Assembly: GCA_004431415.1 (NCBI GenBank)
Contig: QPMI01000215.1
Location: forward strand, 1-51,641
From: Cyanophora paradoxa CCMP329
Lineage: Eukaryota; Plantae; Glaucophyta
Reading direction: 5' to 3'
Length of the DNA: 51,641 nucleotides
Of the stretch, positions 10,103 to 20,665 are shown piece by piece. The notes under the pieces were generated by a model, which worked only from the letters and a program-made list of their open reading frames with translations, made no database searches and had not been told where the DNA came from. Every line of letters starts with the position of its first letter. The first letter of the stretch is position 1. A program made the translations under genes and the position numbers.

Positions 10103-13100
10103 ATGAGGCGATCCAGCAGCGCTTCCGCGGCCGACGAACAGCCCCCGCGTCGTGCCCGCCTGTCTCCAGAGCTCGTTTACAATGCACCCGCGCCCCCCAG
10201 CGCGCCTGCAGCGTGGCATTCGCCCGAGCCGCCGCCCGAAATCAGCGCAGGCGGCGATGCTGTGCACGCGCCGCAGGATGAGGACCTTTGGAGCGACGGT
10301 GGACCCGCGGAGGAGCTGGACGTGGAGGGCGCGGGCCTGCGCGGGCCTCCCGCAGAGCGCTGGCAGCACGACGAGCGCTGGGAGGAGCACGGCCGCGACG
10401 AGCGCTGGGAAGAACATGAAGAGCTCTGGGAGGAGCACGGCGAGCGCTGGGAGGAGCACGACGAGCGCTGGGCACTGCAAGAAGAGCGCTGCGGCGATGC
10501 GAGTGCTGAGCGCGGCGGCCCGTGGTTCGAGGAGCCAGCTTGGGAAGACGAGGAGTACGGACAGGCCGGCGCTCGGACCTTCGACGAGCCCGGAGAAGTG
10601 CCTGCCGCGCTTGAGGATGACGTGGTTGCGCAGCGCTCCGCCGATTTCATGCGCTCCAATCTCTCGTTTGCTGGGTTCGCTGACCCCGGCGAGGCGCTCT
10701 ACTTCACTGTTAAAGAAGTGCGCGGCGCTCGGAGCTCGAGCTCGATCTCGCTTTGCTCACCTTTGCGCGGTCTCAAGTTCCTCGACAACGCCGCTGACGT
10801 TCGCGCGTACCTCCGCGGCTCGCTTCGGCAGTGGGCTGAGCTTGCTTGCAGGCGTGCCGGGCGGCGTACGAGCTCGGGGATGAGCCTCGCACCATAACGG
10901 TGCTCGTGAAGCAGCTGGAGCAGCACTCCGCGCGGCGCCCCGGCAGGTTCCTCGTCCGCGGTGCGCGCTGCCGCCCCATCCTGCCGCCTCGACGGGGAGA
11001 GGTCGACTCGCCGCGCAGTGACCGACAAGGGTGCCGCGCTGCCCTCGGTCGCGCGCGAGTTCGGGTGCGATGGGGTGCTGGGGCGCAGGGCCGGGCATGC
11101 GGCCGGAGGAGGTGGCCCAGCTGCTCGGGCGCATGCACTCCTCCACCAAGTCGGGGCCCCGCGCCGCCCCGCCCGGCCCCGCCCCGGCCTCTGCCGGCAC
11201 CTTCGGCGTCGGCGTGAAGGCGCGGCCCGCCTCCTCTCGCGCACGCCCGCTCGCCGGCGCCCGCGCCCACGCCGGCCCGCCGCAGATGGCTCTCTTGTAC
11301 GCCCAGCGCACGGCCGGCGGCGCCCTTGAGATACAGACCACCCGTGCTTCTTTCCTTACCCCTCTTCTCTGCTTCTCTCGTGACAGCGCGGGGCGGGCGC
11401 CGGCAGGGGCCGACAGCGACGTCGTGTCTGCGCACGTGCTCACCATCGACGAGGGGGCGGCGCTGGGGTCCGGCGAGGTGCGCCTGGGGGCCGAGGACAG
11501 GCCGTGCCGGCGCCGCGCCTGCGCCCGAACGCGCGACGGCTTGGCCCGCCGGCAGGTGCTGGAGGAGCGGAGCGTGCAGGAGAAGGCCGTGCGCTTCTCC
11601 GGGACCGCGTGCTCCCTCACCGTACCCCCCCCCCCCCGGGCCTCTTGAGCTCCCCGCACCCCTCCCCTCCCCCTCACGCCGAGGCTGCAGACGGTCGGCG
11701 ACGCGGCGTGGGCGCTCCCGCGCATCCGGAGCTACTGTGAGGGCGCCACCCTCCTGGCCCGCGAGGTGCGCAGCCGGCCCCTCCCCCGCGCAGCCTCGGC
11801 CTCGGCTCGCTCGAGCCGCACGGCAGTTCCGCGTCGAGCTGAGCTTCGAGCCCCTCGCGCCCCGCCGCTCTCGCGCTCGGGCCTCGGCGGCGGCTGCGCT
11901 CGAGCCGGGGCGGGCGGCGTACGAGCCGGCGCTGGGGGGAGGGCCCTGCGCGCCCCTTCCCGACGACCTCCTCGCCGCCGTCGCCGCCCGCCTCGCGTGC
12001 GCCCCCGCCCGCCCCGCGCCCTCCTCCGGCCACCCACTCCCGCCGCGCAGCTTCGAGGAGGCGGCGGTGGATGCCGCGGCGAGCGCCGAGACGCCCTCCG
12101 CCCCCGCCGCCCTCTTCGCCTGCGCGGCGGTGCTCAACCCCCGGCCCCTCGACGCCGACGGCCCCGGCCTGGGGTGCTGCCCCGCGGAGGGCACCCTCCA
12201 GGCGCGCCCGCATGTTTGTGGCCCCCCAACCCCGGTCTGACGCCCGGCAGGTGCTGCGCCTCGCCAACCGGGCGCCCCTCTTCTTCAGCGGGGCGGCCAC
12301 ATGCGTCGTCCCGGCCATCCTGAACTCCGCCTCCGTGCGCCCACTCGCCCGCCCGCCCCGCTGCGCCCCCGCCCCCGCCGCCCCGAGCCCCGCGGCCAGA
12401 TCCGCTGGGACGAGTGGGGCGTGGCGCTCGGGGGCCCCGTCGAGCCGCGGGCGGGGGGATGGGCCCTCGCGGCGCGGGCGGCGGGCTACGCGCGCGACGA
12501 GGAGGCCCCCGGGCGCCCCCCGCTCCTCCGCTCCCTCCTCCTTCTCGTCGCCGCCGAGTCGCAGGGTACGCCCGCCCCCAGCCAGCGCGCCCCGCGCCGC
12601 TCCCCTTACACGCCCCAACAGGCCTGCGGTACGCCGACGCCGCCAAGACGGGGCTTGCGAAGCTCCCGCCCTACGCTGCCGCCGTCGGCGCGGCCGTCCG
12701 GGGTGCCCTCGCCGCCCTCCGCGCCGCCCGCCCCGACTGCTTTGTCACCCCCGCCGCCGCCCGCGTGCGCCCGCCCCACCCTCGCCCCGGCCCGCCCGTC
12801 CTGCCCTCGCCGAGGCGAACGTTCAGGTGAACGAGATGCGGCGGCTCCACGTACCCGCCCTTGCCCGCGCCATCGCCTCCATCGCCTCGTGCGTACCCCC
12901 CTGGCCTCCTTTCGAGGGCGTTTGCTCAGGGGCGCGCAGGGGCGCTCGCCCCGGGGGGCTCCTGGAGGCGTGCGAGGAGGCCGTGGCGCTGGCCCCAGTG
13001 GCCGGCCTCCGCGCCGCCCTCGAGCACTACATCCACGCCGCCCTCGGCACCGCCCCGCCCTCGCCCCCTCCCGCCGCCCCCGCCGCCCCGCCCTCGCCGA

Positions 13101-13723
13101 CCCCGGAGGACGGCTTCGCGAACGGGTACCCCCCCGGAGGGCCGGAGGACGGGGGCGACTGGGCCGGCCCCGCCGACGAGCCCGAGGCGCTGTGGGAGGA
13201 CGCTCCCGAGGGCGCGGCCGACCACGCCGGCGGCGGGCCCTCGGCGGGGCGGGAGGAGGGCCTCTGGGAAGAGCTCCCCGAGGAGGCGGGGGGCGGGAGG
13301 GAGGAGGCGAGGCGGCCGCGGCTGGCGGCAGGCGGGGGGCAGGAGGCGGGGCTCTGGGAGGACCTGCCCGAGGAGGCGCCGGAGGCGGCGCCGGCCGCCC
13401 GCGGCGCCGCCCCGGCCGACGCCGACGATGACCTGTGGGAGGACCTGCCCCCGGGGGGGGCGCCAGTCGCCTCCTCGAGCCCCCCGTGGCCGGCGGGGCG
13501 GCATCGCGACGGGGACCGCGAGGCTTCGGAGCGCGGCCGGGACGGCAGCCGCAGCCCCGCGGGCAGCCGCAGCAGACACGGGAGTTGCTCTCCGCGCGCC
13601 GCACCGTCCTCATCGTCAGCGGCGTCAGCGGATCTCGAGCTCGAGGGCTCCCCCGTGGCCAGGCCCAGGGGCTCCCCCCGCACCCCGCCCCGCCCTCCCT
13701 CCGACGACGGCTGGCTCGATTGA
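10103..13723 (+). CDS. DNA topoisomerase VI subunit B-like protein (GHKL ATPase + transducer), divergent; TOP6B or meiotic TOPOVIB-like
   Basis: SADFMRSNLSFAGFADPGEALYFTVKE|FLDNAAD (N-box), VTDKG..GM (G1), LGRMHSSTK, GTFGVGVK|MALLYAQ (G2), VLRLANRAPLFF (compare TOP6B FANRIPL), HVPALARAIASI. Start codon inferred. Confidence 0.8.
10357..10473 (+). repeat. Coding ~21-bp tandem repeat (ERWEEH[D/G])
   Basis: gagcgctgggaggagcacg-like units about 5 times, in frame in the TopoVI-B-like N-terminus. Confidence 0.8.
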
Positions 13724-14114
13724 GCGTGCTGAATACCGTAGTACTTGCCAAGTTGAATGCAGCAGGCGCTAGGCCTAGGTTCAGACTAGCGCGCGCCGCC
13801 GCGCGCGCTGCCTCTCGAGCTCGAGCCTCGGAGGACCAGACGTTGGGGCGATAAATATTGCTGCTCATGTGCACGCGCATGCCGCGCAGGCCTCGGGCCG
13901 CCGCCGCCGGCACGTGCACCGCCGTACGCGTGCGGCCACCGCGAGCATCATATGCATGGCATGCACGCGCACGTACACGTTCGAATTCGAAGCTTAAGCC
14001 TTTATCACGAACTCGGATCCGGAATTCGAAGGCGGCCGCCGGGCGCGCGCGCGGAAGAGCTTGAGGGCCGTCGGACGCGGGTTCAGCTCCCACCGGGGCG
14101 ATTGCTGCGCCGGA

Positions 14115-15275
14115 ATGCGGCCGAAGGAGGGCGAGGCGGCGCGCGCGGACGCAAGCGCGAGTGAGCCACGTCGATTCGATGCGAGCACTTTGGCCACGGA
14201 CCTCCGGCAGCGGCGGCAGTGGCAGAAAGTGCTGTACGAGAGCTCTGACTACCCGGACAACTACACGGACCGCTCCTTCCTCGCCTCCATGGTCACAAAC
14301 GGTCCTGCAAGCGGCCCTCAACCCCGCGGCGGCCAAGCTGACGCGCGCTCCGCAGCCAACGTGAAGCTCTACGAGTTCGGGAACCTCGTAGAGTCCGCCA
14401 CCGTAGTTGCACAGCAGGTGCTAGCGGTGCGCGCTGGAATCGGGCGCGCGCTGATCGAGCGCGCGCGTCGGCAGGTCTCTGCGGTCTTCTGCTATGTGGC
14501 GATCTTCTTCCTGTACCTCGACGAGGTCCTGGAGACGGCGGAGGTGATGGCGCTCGAGGCGGCGCTGCTCGGCGGAGGCGGCGTCCTGTGGCTCGCCGCC
14601 GGAGCGCGCGAGGAGGCGAAGGGCGACGGCGGCGGCGGCGACGGAGGCGGCGGGGGCGGCGGGGGCGGGTGGTGGAGCGGGAGCGTCGTGCGGGTGGTGG
14701 GGCGGCAGGCGCTGCTGGCCTTCGTGCTGTACGAGCTCTCGCCGGTGCTGCGGACGCTGACGCTGACGTTCAGCGACGACACGATCTGGGCGCTGACCGT
14801 CTGCCTCCTCCTCGCGCACCTGCTCCTGCACGACTACGCGAGCGCCGTGCCCCAGCACGCCCTCGTCTCCATGAACGCCGGCATGTTCGCCGCAGTCCTC
14901 CTGGCCTCCCGCCTCCCCTCCGACACCCACGTCTTCGCCACCACCTCCCTCTCCCTGCCCCTCCTCGTCTTCCTCCCGCTCCTCCGCCACCGCCTGCGCG
15001 CCCGCTGGCGCCTCGCGCACCTCGCCCTCACGGCGAGCATGGCGGCGGCCGCCGTCGCCCTCTGGCGCCCCCTCTCCCTCTTCGTGGCCGGCCTCTGCGT
15101 CGCCACGCAGCTCGCCATCACCCTCGCCTGCCCCGCCGCCCTCGTCTGCCTCCAGCGCCACAAGCGGTGCGCCCCTCGCACGTGTGCGGTCCCGCCCGCC
15201 GCTGAGGCGGGCCGGGAGCGCGCGCGCAGGAACATCAGCGGCCCGTGGGACGAGGCCTGCCCCCCGCTGGACTGA
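14115..15275 (+). CDS. PIGC: GPI-GlcNAc transferase subunit C (PIG-C/GPI2)
   Basis: WQKVLYESSDYPDNYTD, LSPVLRTLTLTFSDDTIWAL, HDY, SMNAGMFAAVLLASRL, C-terminal ISGPWDEA; many TM helices. Confidence 0.93.
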   Translation: MRPKEGEAARADASASEPRRFDASTLATDLRQRRQWQKVLYESSDYPDNYTDRSFLASMVTNGPASGPQPRGGQADARSAANVKLYEFGNLVESATVVAQQVLAVRAGIGRALIERARRQVSAVFCYVAIFFLYLDEVLETAEVMALEAALLGGGGVLWLAAGAREEAKGDGGGGDGGGGGGGGGWWSGSVVRVVGRQALLAFVLYELSPVLRTLTLTFSDDTIWALTVCLLLAHLLLHDYASAVPQHALVSMNAGMFAAVLLASRLPSDTHVFATTSLSLPLLVFLPLLRHRLRARWRLAHLALTASMAAAAVALWRPLSLFVAGLCVATQLAITLACPAALVCLQRHKRCAPRTCAVPPAAEAGRERARRNISGPWDEACPPLD

Positions 15276-15421
15276 GGCCCGCCCTACCCCAACGCTGGGG
15301 CCCCACCCCACGGCCTCCCGATACGTGCGCTTCGAGCTTCGTTGACGCAAATCCATTGAAAGAAAAGTGAAAAAAAGCGCGCGCCCCCGCACGGGGGCAT
15401 AATGGGGCGGACTTTGGGAAT

Positions 15422-15456
<35 letters not shown>

Positions 15457-15543
15457 TGCGAGGACGGGCAGGCGGGAATGCTGAGTCTCGGGCGCTGCGG
15501 AGGAGTGGGGGGGTCTGTGGACGAGCGAGGTGGGAGGTGCTGG

Positions 15544-16587
15544 CTAGCAGGCGCAGGAGGAGGCGTAGCCGCCCGGGGGCGGCTCGTGCTTGGGCATGAT
15601 GGTTATGTGCGCCTTGTTGGAGCCCGGCTGGATGCCGTACATCGAGGGGTCCACGTCCACGCTGCGCGCCCCCGCTCACGGGGGCCAGCGAGAGCAAGGC
15701 GGGGCGCGCGCGCCTGCCGCTCTGCAGCTGCTGGAGGATCGTCCGCGCCGTGCGGATGAAGCACTCCTCCACGTTGTCCCCGCTCTTCGCGCTCGTCTCC
15801 AGGAATATGCAGCCTGCGCCAGCCCCGGCTAAGAGGCGGCGCGAATCGTGCTCGGCGCGGGGCGTGCCGTTCTCGTCTGCGAAGCGCTGCGCTTCGTCGT
15901 AGGATACCTGCGCGGGGCGATCAGCGGCATTGCTGCGGGGCTCGCCGCGCCGCGCGGGCGACCTCGCGGTTGTGCAGGTCTGCCTTGTTCCCAATCAGCA
16001 TCACAACCGTCTTTGGGTTCGTCAGGTTCTTCGCGTCTGTTAGCCACCCGCTCACGTGGTTGAACGAGCTCCTCCTGCGCCGCCCCGCTCAGCGCCTCTC
16101 GCTGGTCATCGCGCGGCGCGAACCTCGTGATGTCGTAGACGAGCAGCACCCCCGCCGCGCCGCGGTAGTAGCTCTTCGTTACCGACCTGCGGTGAGCCGC
16201 GCCGGCGCCCGAAGTGAGGCAGCGGCGCCAACGCAGGCTCCGAGGACCGCGTCAGCGCACCGGAAGCGCTCCTGGCCGGCCGTATCCCATATTTGGAGCT
16301 TAACATGCGTGCCCAGCACATCGACGACGCGCGTGCCAAACTCGACGCCAATCGTGTGCGGTGCGTCGGGGTGAACTGGCAAGCGGTCAAACGAAACGAT
16401 TGGCGGGAGACAACGACGGCCGCAGGCATGAGCGCTCACACTTGCGTTCGGTAAATTGGTGGAGCAGGCATGATTTGCCAACGCCCATGTCCCCTGCTAT
16501 GGTGGTCAGTCGCCGTTGGCAGTCAAAGCGGCACAGCAGCGCGCCGATTATGATGTATTTGAAGCTGTATTCGAAACCGCCCGACAT
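15544..16587 (-). CDS. RAB14: Rab14 GTPase
   Basis: FKYIII|[18 protein letters not shown]|[54 protein letters not shown]-terminal CAC prenylation site. Confidence 0.93.
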
Positions 16588-16831
16588 GCTAGGAGCGGCG
16601 GTCTGAGAGCGGCGGTTGGCCCGGCTTGCTGTTGTCGGCGGCTCCCGGCTTGGCTGTCAACAAATGAGCGGTTGCTGCAGTCTCGGGCTCGGAATGCGCT
16701 GAGATGGATGCTGGTCGGGCTGCAAGGGGCTTCCTGAGCTCAGCGAGTTTCAAGAGGGGGATACAGCAATCAGACGTACCCCCCCCTGTAACGTCGCCCT
16801 TGGGGTGGTTACTACCGTGGTAGATTGCCCT

Positions 16832-19800
16832 ATGTTGGCACCCATCCCGGAAGAGGACTCGAGCTCTCCGAGTGCTGCCCGTCGATTCGTCGCTCGAGCT
16901 GTGAACGGTGCGCCAACCAGGCCGCCAGCAAGCTGAGCCAGCTCATCGTCCGCCTAGCTAACGCCGCGCTGACAGGGAAGGTCGTTCTCGTGAGCACACC
17001 GCCGCGAGGACCTGGTCCTCACCAGCCCGATAAGGACGCATCGCCCAGCTTTTGGGAGTGCGTGTTTCCTGCCCCTCCACTTTCCGAATCGGGCTCACGA
17101 TGGCACAGTCGGCTGTTCGGAACAGCCGAAGCTGAGAAAGCGAGCGAGGAGCAGCCCGCCCGCTGGCCCGGCACCGACGCGACAAGCCACGACAGTGAGC
17201 AGCTGGCAGCGTCTATTGGGCCGCTGTCCGCTACTGAGCAGCTGCACGTACGCTCGACACGGCAGGTCCCCAGGCGCCGACTCTTCAGGAAGAAGACATG
17301 GCATCCCCGCAGCTTGCTATGGAGCTGGAGCAGGAAAGGAGGAAGCGGGAGCAGCTGGAGGGCGAAATGCGGCAGCTGAAGGTCCGCTTGAGTGCTCCTG
17401 TTCGCAAGGGATCGCGCCGAGACGGCCCCGCAGGACATGATGAGCCGCATCTCGTACCAGCTTGAGACATCGCAGCGGTCCATCACCCACTCCGACGGCG
17501 GCTACCCCCCGGCCCCTCCACCACCACCACCACCGCCGCCGCCGCCGCCGGGCGCGCCGGTGGATGCGCCGCCGGCAGGGACGCCGCAGCGGCCGAGGTC
17601 GCCGCCTTTCTTCGCGAGGTGGCTGGGCGGCTGCTCGGGCCTGTGGGACGTCTTCAGCCCCGAGCACCCGCAGGCGACGCCGCGGCTGCCGCCCAAGCCG
17701 GCGCTGCCGCCGCCGACGCCGGACGAGGGGCCGGACCCGCGCTCGCCGATGCACGCGGAGCCGGGGGAGGCCTTCCGGTCGCCCGTGCCTGGCGCCGCCC
17801 TCCCGACCTCGCTCCTCGAGGCCCTCGCCGCCGCCGCCCCGCCCCGGCCGCGCCTCTCGGACCCGGGGGACCCCTTCCAGCAGGACATCTTCGCCCCGAC
17901 GGCCGCCTCCATGCTCGCCGCCGCCGGCGCCGCCGCCCTTCGCCAGCCCCGGCCGCCCCGTCGCCCCGCCCCCGTGCCGCCGCCGCACGTGCGGCCGCCG
18001 CCGCCACCGCCGCTGCGGGTGATGGTGGAGCAGCGGCCCGTGGAGGCGCCCTCGCCGCGGCCGACGCCCGGCCACTCGCGCAGCACGTCGCTCACCGACG
18101 TCCCCATCCGCGCCACCGCCTCCCCGCCCCGTCCTCCGTCGCCACCCCGGCCCTCCCACGCCCCGCCGGCCCCGGCCGCCCCGCCCTCCCGCCGCCGCTG
18201 CGGGGCCCGCCGCCGGGGCGGCGCGAGGCGAGCCCCGGTATGGAGTCCGTGGACTCTGACCAGGACACGCCGGCCCGCCGCGGTTCCGGGCCTCGGCGGG
18301 GTCGGCGCCCTCCCGCCGGCCGCGACGTCGACCCCGCCGGCCGCCTTCGGCACGCCGGGCTCGCAGGGCTCGGGGCGGGCGGGACGCCGGGGTCGCCCGC
18401 GGCTGCCTCGCCCTCGCGCCCGCGCCCGCGGCGGAACCGCTTCAAGGAGCAGAGCTCGTCGCTGCTGGACGGGGGCACGCCCCCCCAGCGGCGCGAGCGG
18501 CTGACGCCCTCGCCGTCCCCCTCGGGGCGGACGTCGCCGAGCTTGCTGGCGGGGCGGGGCGCGGAGGAGCACCACCGGTACGCGGGGCAGCGCGAGGTGG
18601 CGGCGGCGCACGTGCACCACGCCGTGCAGCACGCGACGGCGCAGCGCCAGTCCGAGCTGCAGGCCCTCGAGCAGCTCTACTTCGTGCAGCGCGCGCAGAT
18701 CGCCCAGCTGCGCCTCTCCGGCGAGGGGCCCCTCCCGCGGGGCCCGAGGGCACCCCGCCCGAGGCCCTCTCCCCGCCCCCATCATGCGGGCCGCCTCGCC
18801 GGCGCGGCCGGCGCGGGGCTTCGCCGCCCTCACGGCCTCGGCCTCGCCGCCGCCGGCCGCCCCGGAGCCGCGGCTGCCGGCGGGGGCGGTGGCGATCTTC
18901 CCGAGGAACGCGAGCGGGCGGCACCGGCGGACGCTGAGCAACACGAGCAACGCGAGCAGCGGGGGCACGCCGACGCAGGAGGGGGAGTGCCCGGGGACGC
19001 CCGTGGCGGGGGCCGGCCTCGAGGAGGAGGACTTCCTCGCCGACGAGGAGCTCAACCAGGTGCCCCCGCCCGCCGCCCGCCCGCCTCCGCCGCCGCCCCT
19101 CACCTTCCGGCCACCGCCGCCTCGCCCTGCGAAGGACCTTGCTGCGCGCCTGGCCGCACGCCGCCGAGGCCTCCACCACCTGCACCCCTCGAGGCCGGCC
19201 CCCCAGGCCGCCCCGCCCCGCACCCCCAACGCGCCCCGCCGGTGCGGCCGCCGCTGGAGCGCCTCGCTGGCTTGGGGTGCTGAGGCGGGGCCGGCAGGAC
19301 GCGCAGCTGGCGGCGATCATAGAGCGGCGGCGGCACATCGCCGACGGGGACGAGCCGCCCCGACCGCCGCCGCCCCATCCGCCCCGTCGCCGCCCTGCCC
19401 CGCCCTCCCCGGCCCGCCCCGCACCCGCAGCCGCCAGCGCCCAAGCAGACGTCGCCGGGGGCGGCGGCGGGGCCGGCGCCTGGAATGCCGCGGCCGAGCG
19501 TGGCGCGGCGGCGCGACTCCTCCGGCAGCGAGGACGAGAGCAGCGACGAGCGCTCCCGCCGCGCCTCCCTCGCTGCCCGCCTCCTCGCCGCCGCCGGCCC
19601 GGCGGCCGCCCCGCCCACTCCCGCCCACCGCCGCCCGGCCCCTCCGCCGCCCGCGCCGAGGCCTCGCCGGCCCGCGCTGCCCGCCCGCCGGTCTCCGTCC
19701 CGCCCCGGCGTCGCCGGCGCGGGAGCGGCTGGCGCCGCGGCAGGTGGCGGGCGCCTCGCAGGGGCCGGCCTCCCGCGGGGCGTCCGGCCCGCCGTCCCCC

Positions 19801-20398
19801 GAGAAGCGGCCCGAGGCAGGCCCCGAGCGGCGCATCGAGGCCCGCCACGCGCCGCCCGCAAGCCCCCTCACGCGCCCCGCCCCGGGCCCCGCTGCCAGCC
19901 CCGCGCCCGCCCCGCCCACGGCCTACATCCGCTCCTCGGTGACGAAGGCACGCCGCACGCCTCGCCCCGAGGCGCGCCCGCGCTGACGCGGGGCCGCAGG
20001 AGGGCGTGCACAAGACGATGGGCCTGCCGCCGCCGGGCATCCCGTCGAGCATCATGGCGCAGAGCGACTCGGACCTGGCCTCCAAGCTCGCCCGCCGCCG
20101 CGCCAACGCCGACTCCGCACCCACCACCCCCGCCAAGCCGCCGAGCTTCTCCCGCCCGCCCGGCCCGCCCGCCGGCGCCGCCTCGGCCGGCTCCTCCCCC
20201 GCGGCGGCCAAGGTCCCCATCGTGGACCACAAGCTCGCCGAGAAGCTCGCCGCGCGCCGCCGCGAGGCCGAGAGCGCCAAGCCGGCCCCCGCCCCCTCCG
20301 TCTTCGGGGCCGCCGGGGCCGCTGGCGCCCCGCCGCCTGCAGCCTCTGCCATGTTCGACCGCACCAAGGCCCCCTCCTACATCCGGACGACCCGCTAG
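16832..20398 (+). CDS. Large Pro-rich, mostly disordered protein with a short coiled coil and repeated L-A-x-[KR]-L-A-x-RRR helices; function unknown
   Basis: Spliced MLAPIPEED...SFWD|RLFG...ELEQERRKREQLEGEMRQLK|DMMSRISYQLE, poly-Pro; motifs DLAARLAARRR, DLASKLARRR, KLAEKLAARRR; ends PSYIRTTR*. Internal frameshifts or unresolved introns remain. Confidence 0.55.
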
Positions 20399-20665
20399 CT
20401 CCCGCCCCGCCCCGCCCCGCGCTTGCGGCGCCCCCTGTAAATTCTCAGAGCGCTTTGAGCTTGCACTCGGAGGGCCCAGCTAGAAGGGCGCGGCTTCGGA
20501 CCGGGGGGGTGTTGAGGCTTGGAGCTGCGCGAGACTTGAGTTTCGCTGGAGTGGTACAGCAAACTTTCGATTGCGACCAGCGCCTTGAATTCGAAGCTTG
20601 CATGCGCAATTGTTCGGTATACGATCTGACGTACCGCGGCTTTCAGCTCGCATCTAGATCTCAAG

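Noticed and set aside
15421-15454. Long poly-G tract (also poly-C near 1259 and 24171) as a functional G-quadruplex element
   Set aside because: Homopolymers are common here and their lengths are unreliable; nothing specific supports a function.
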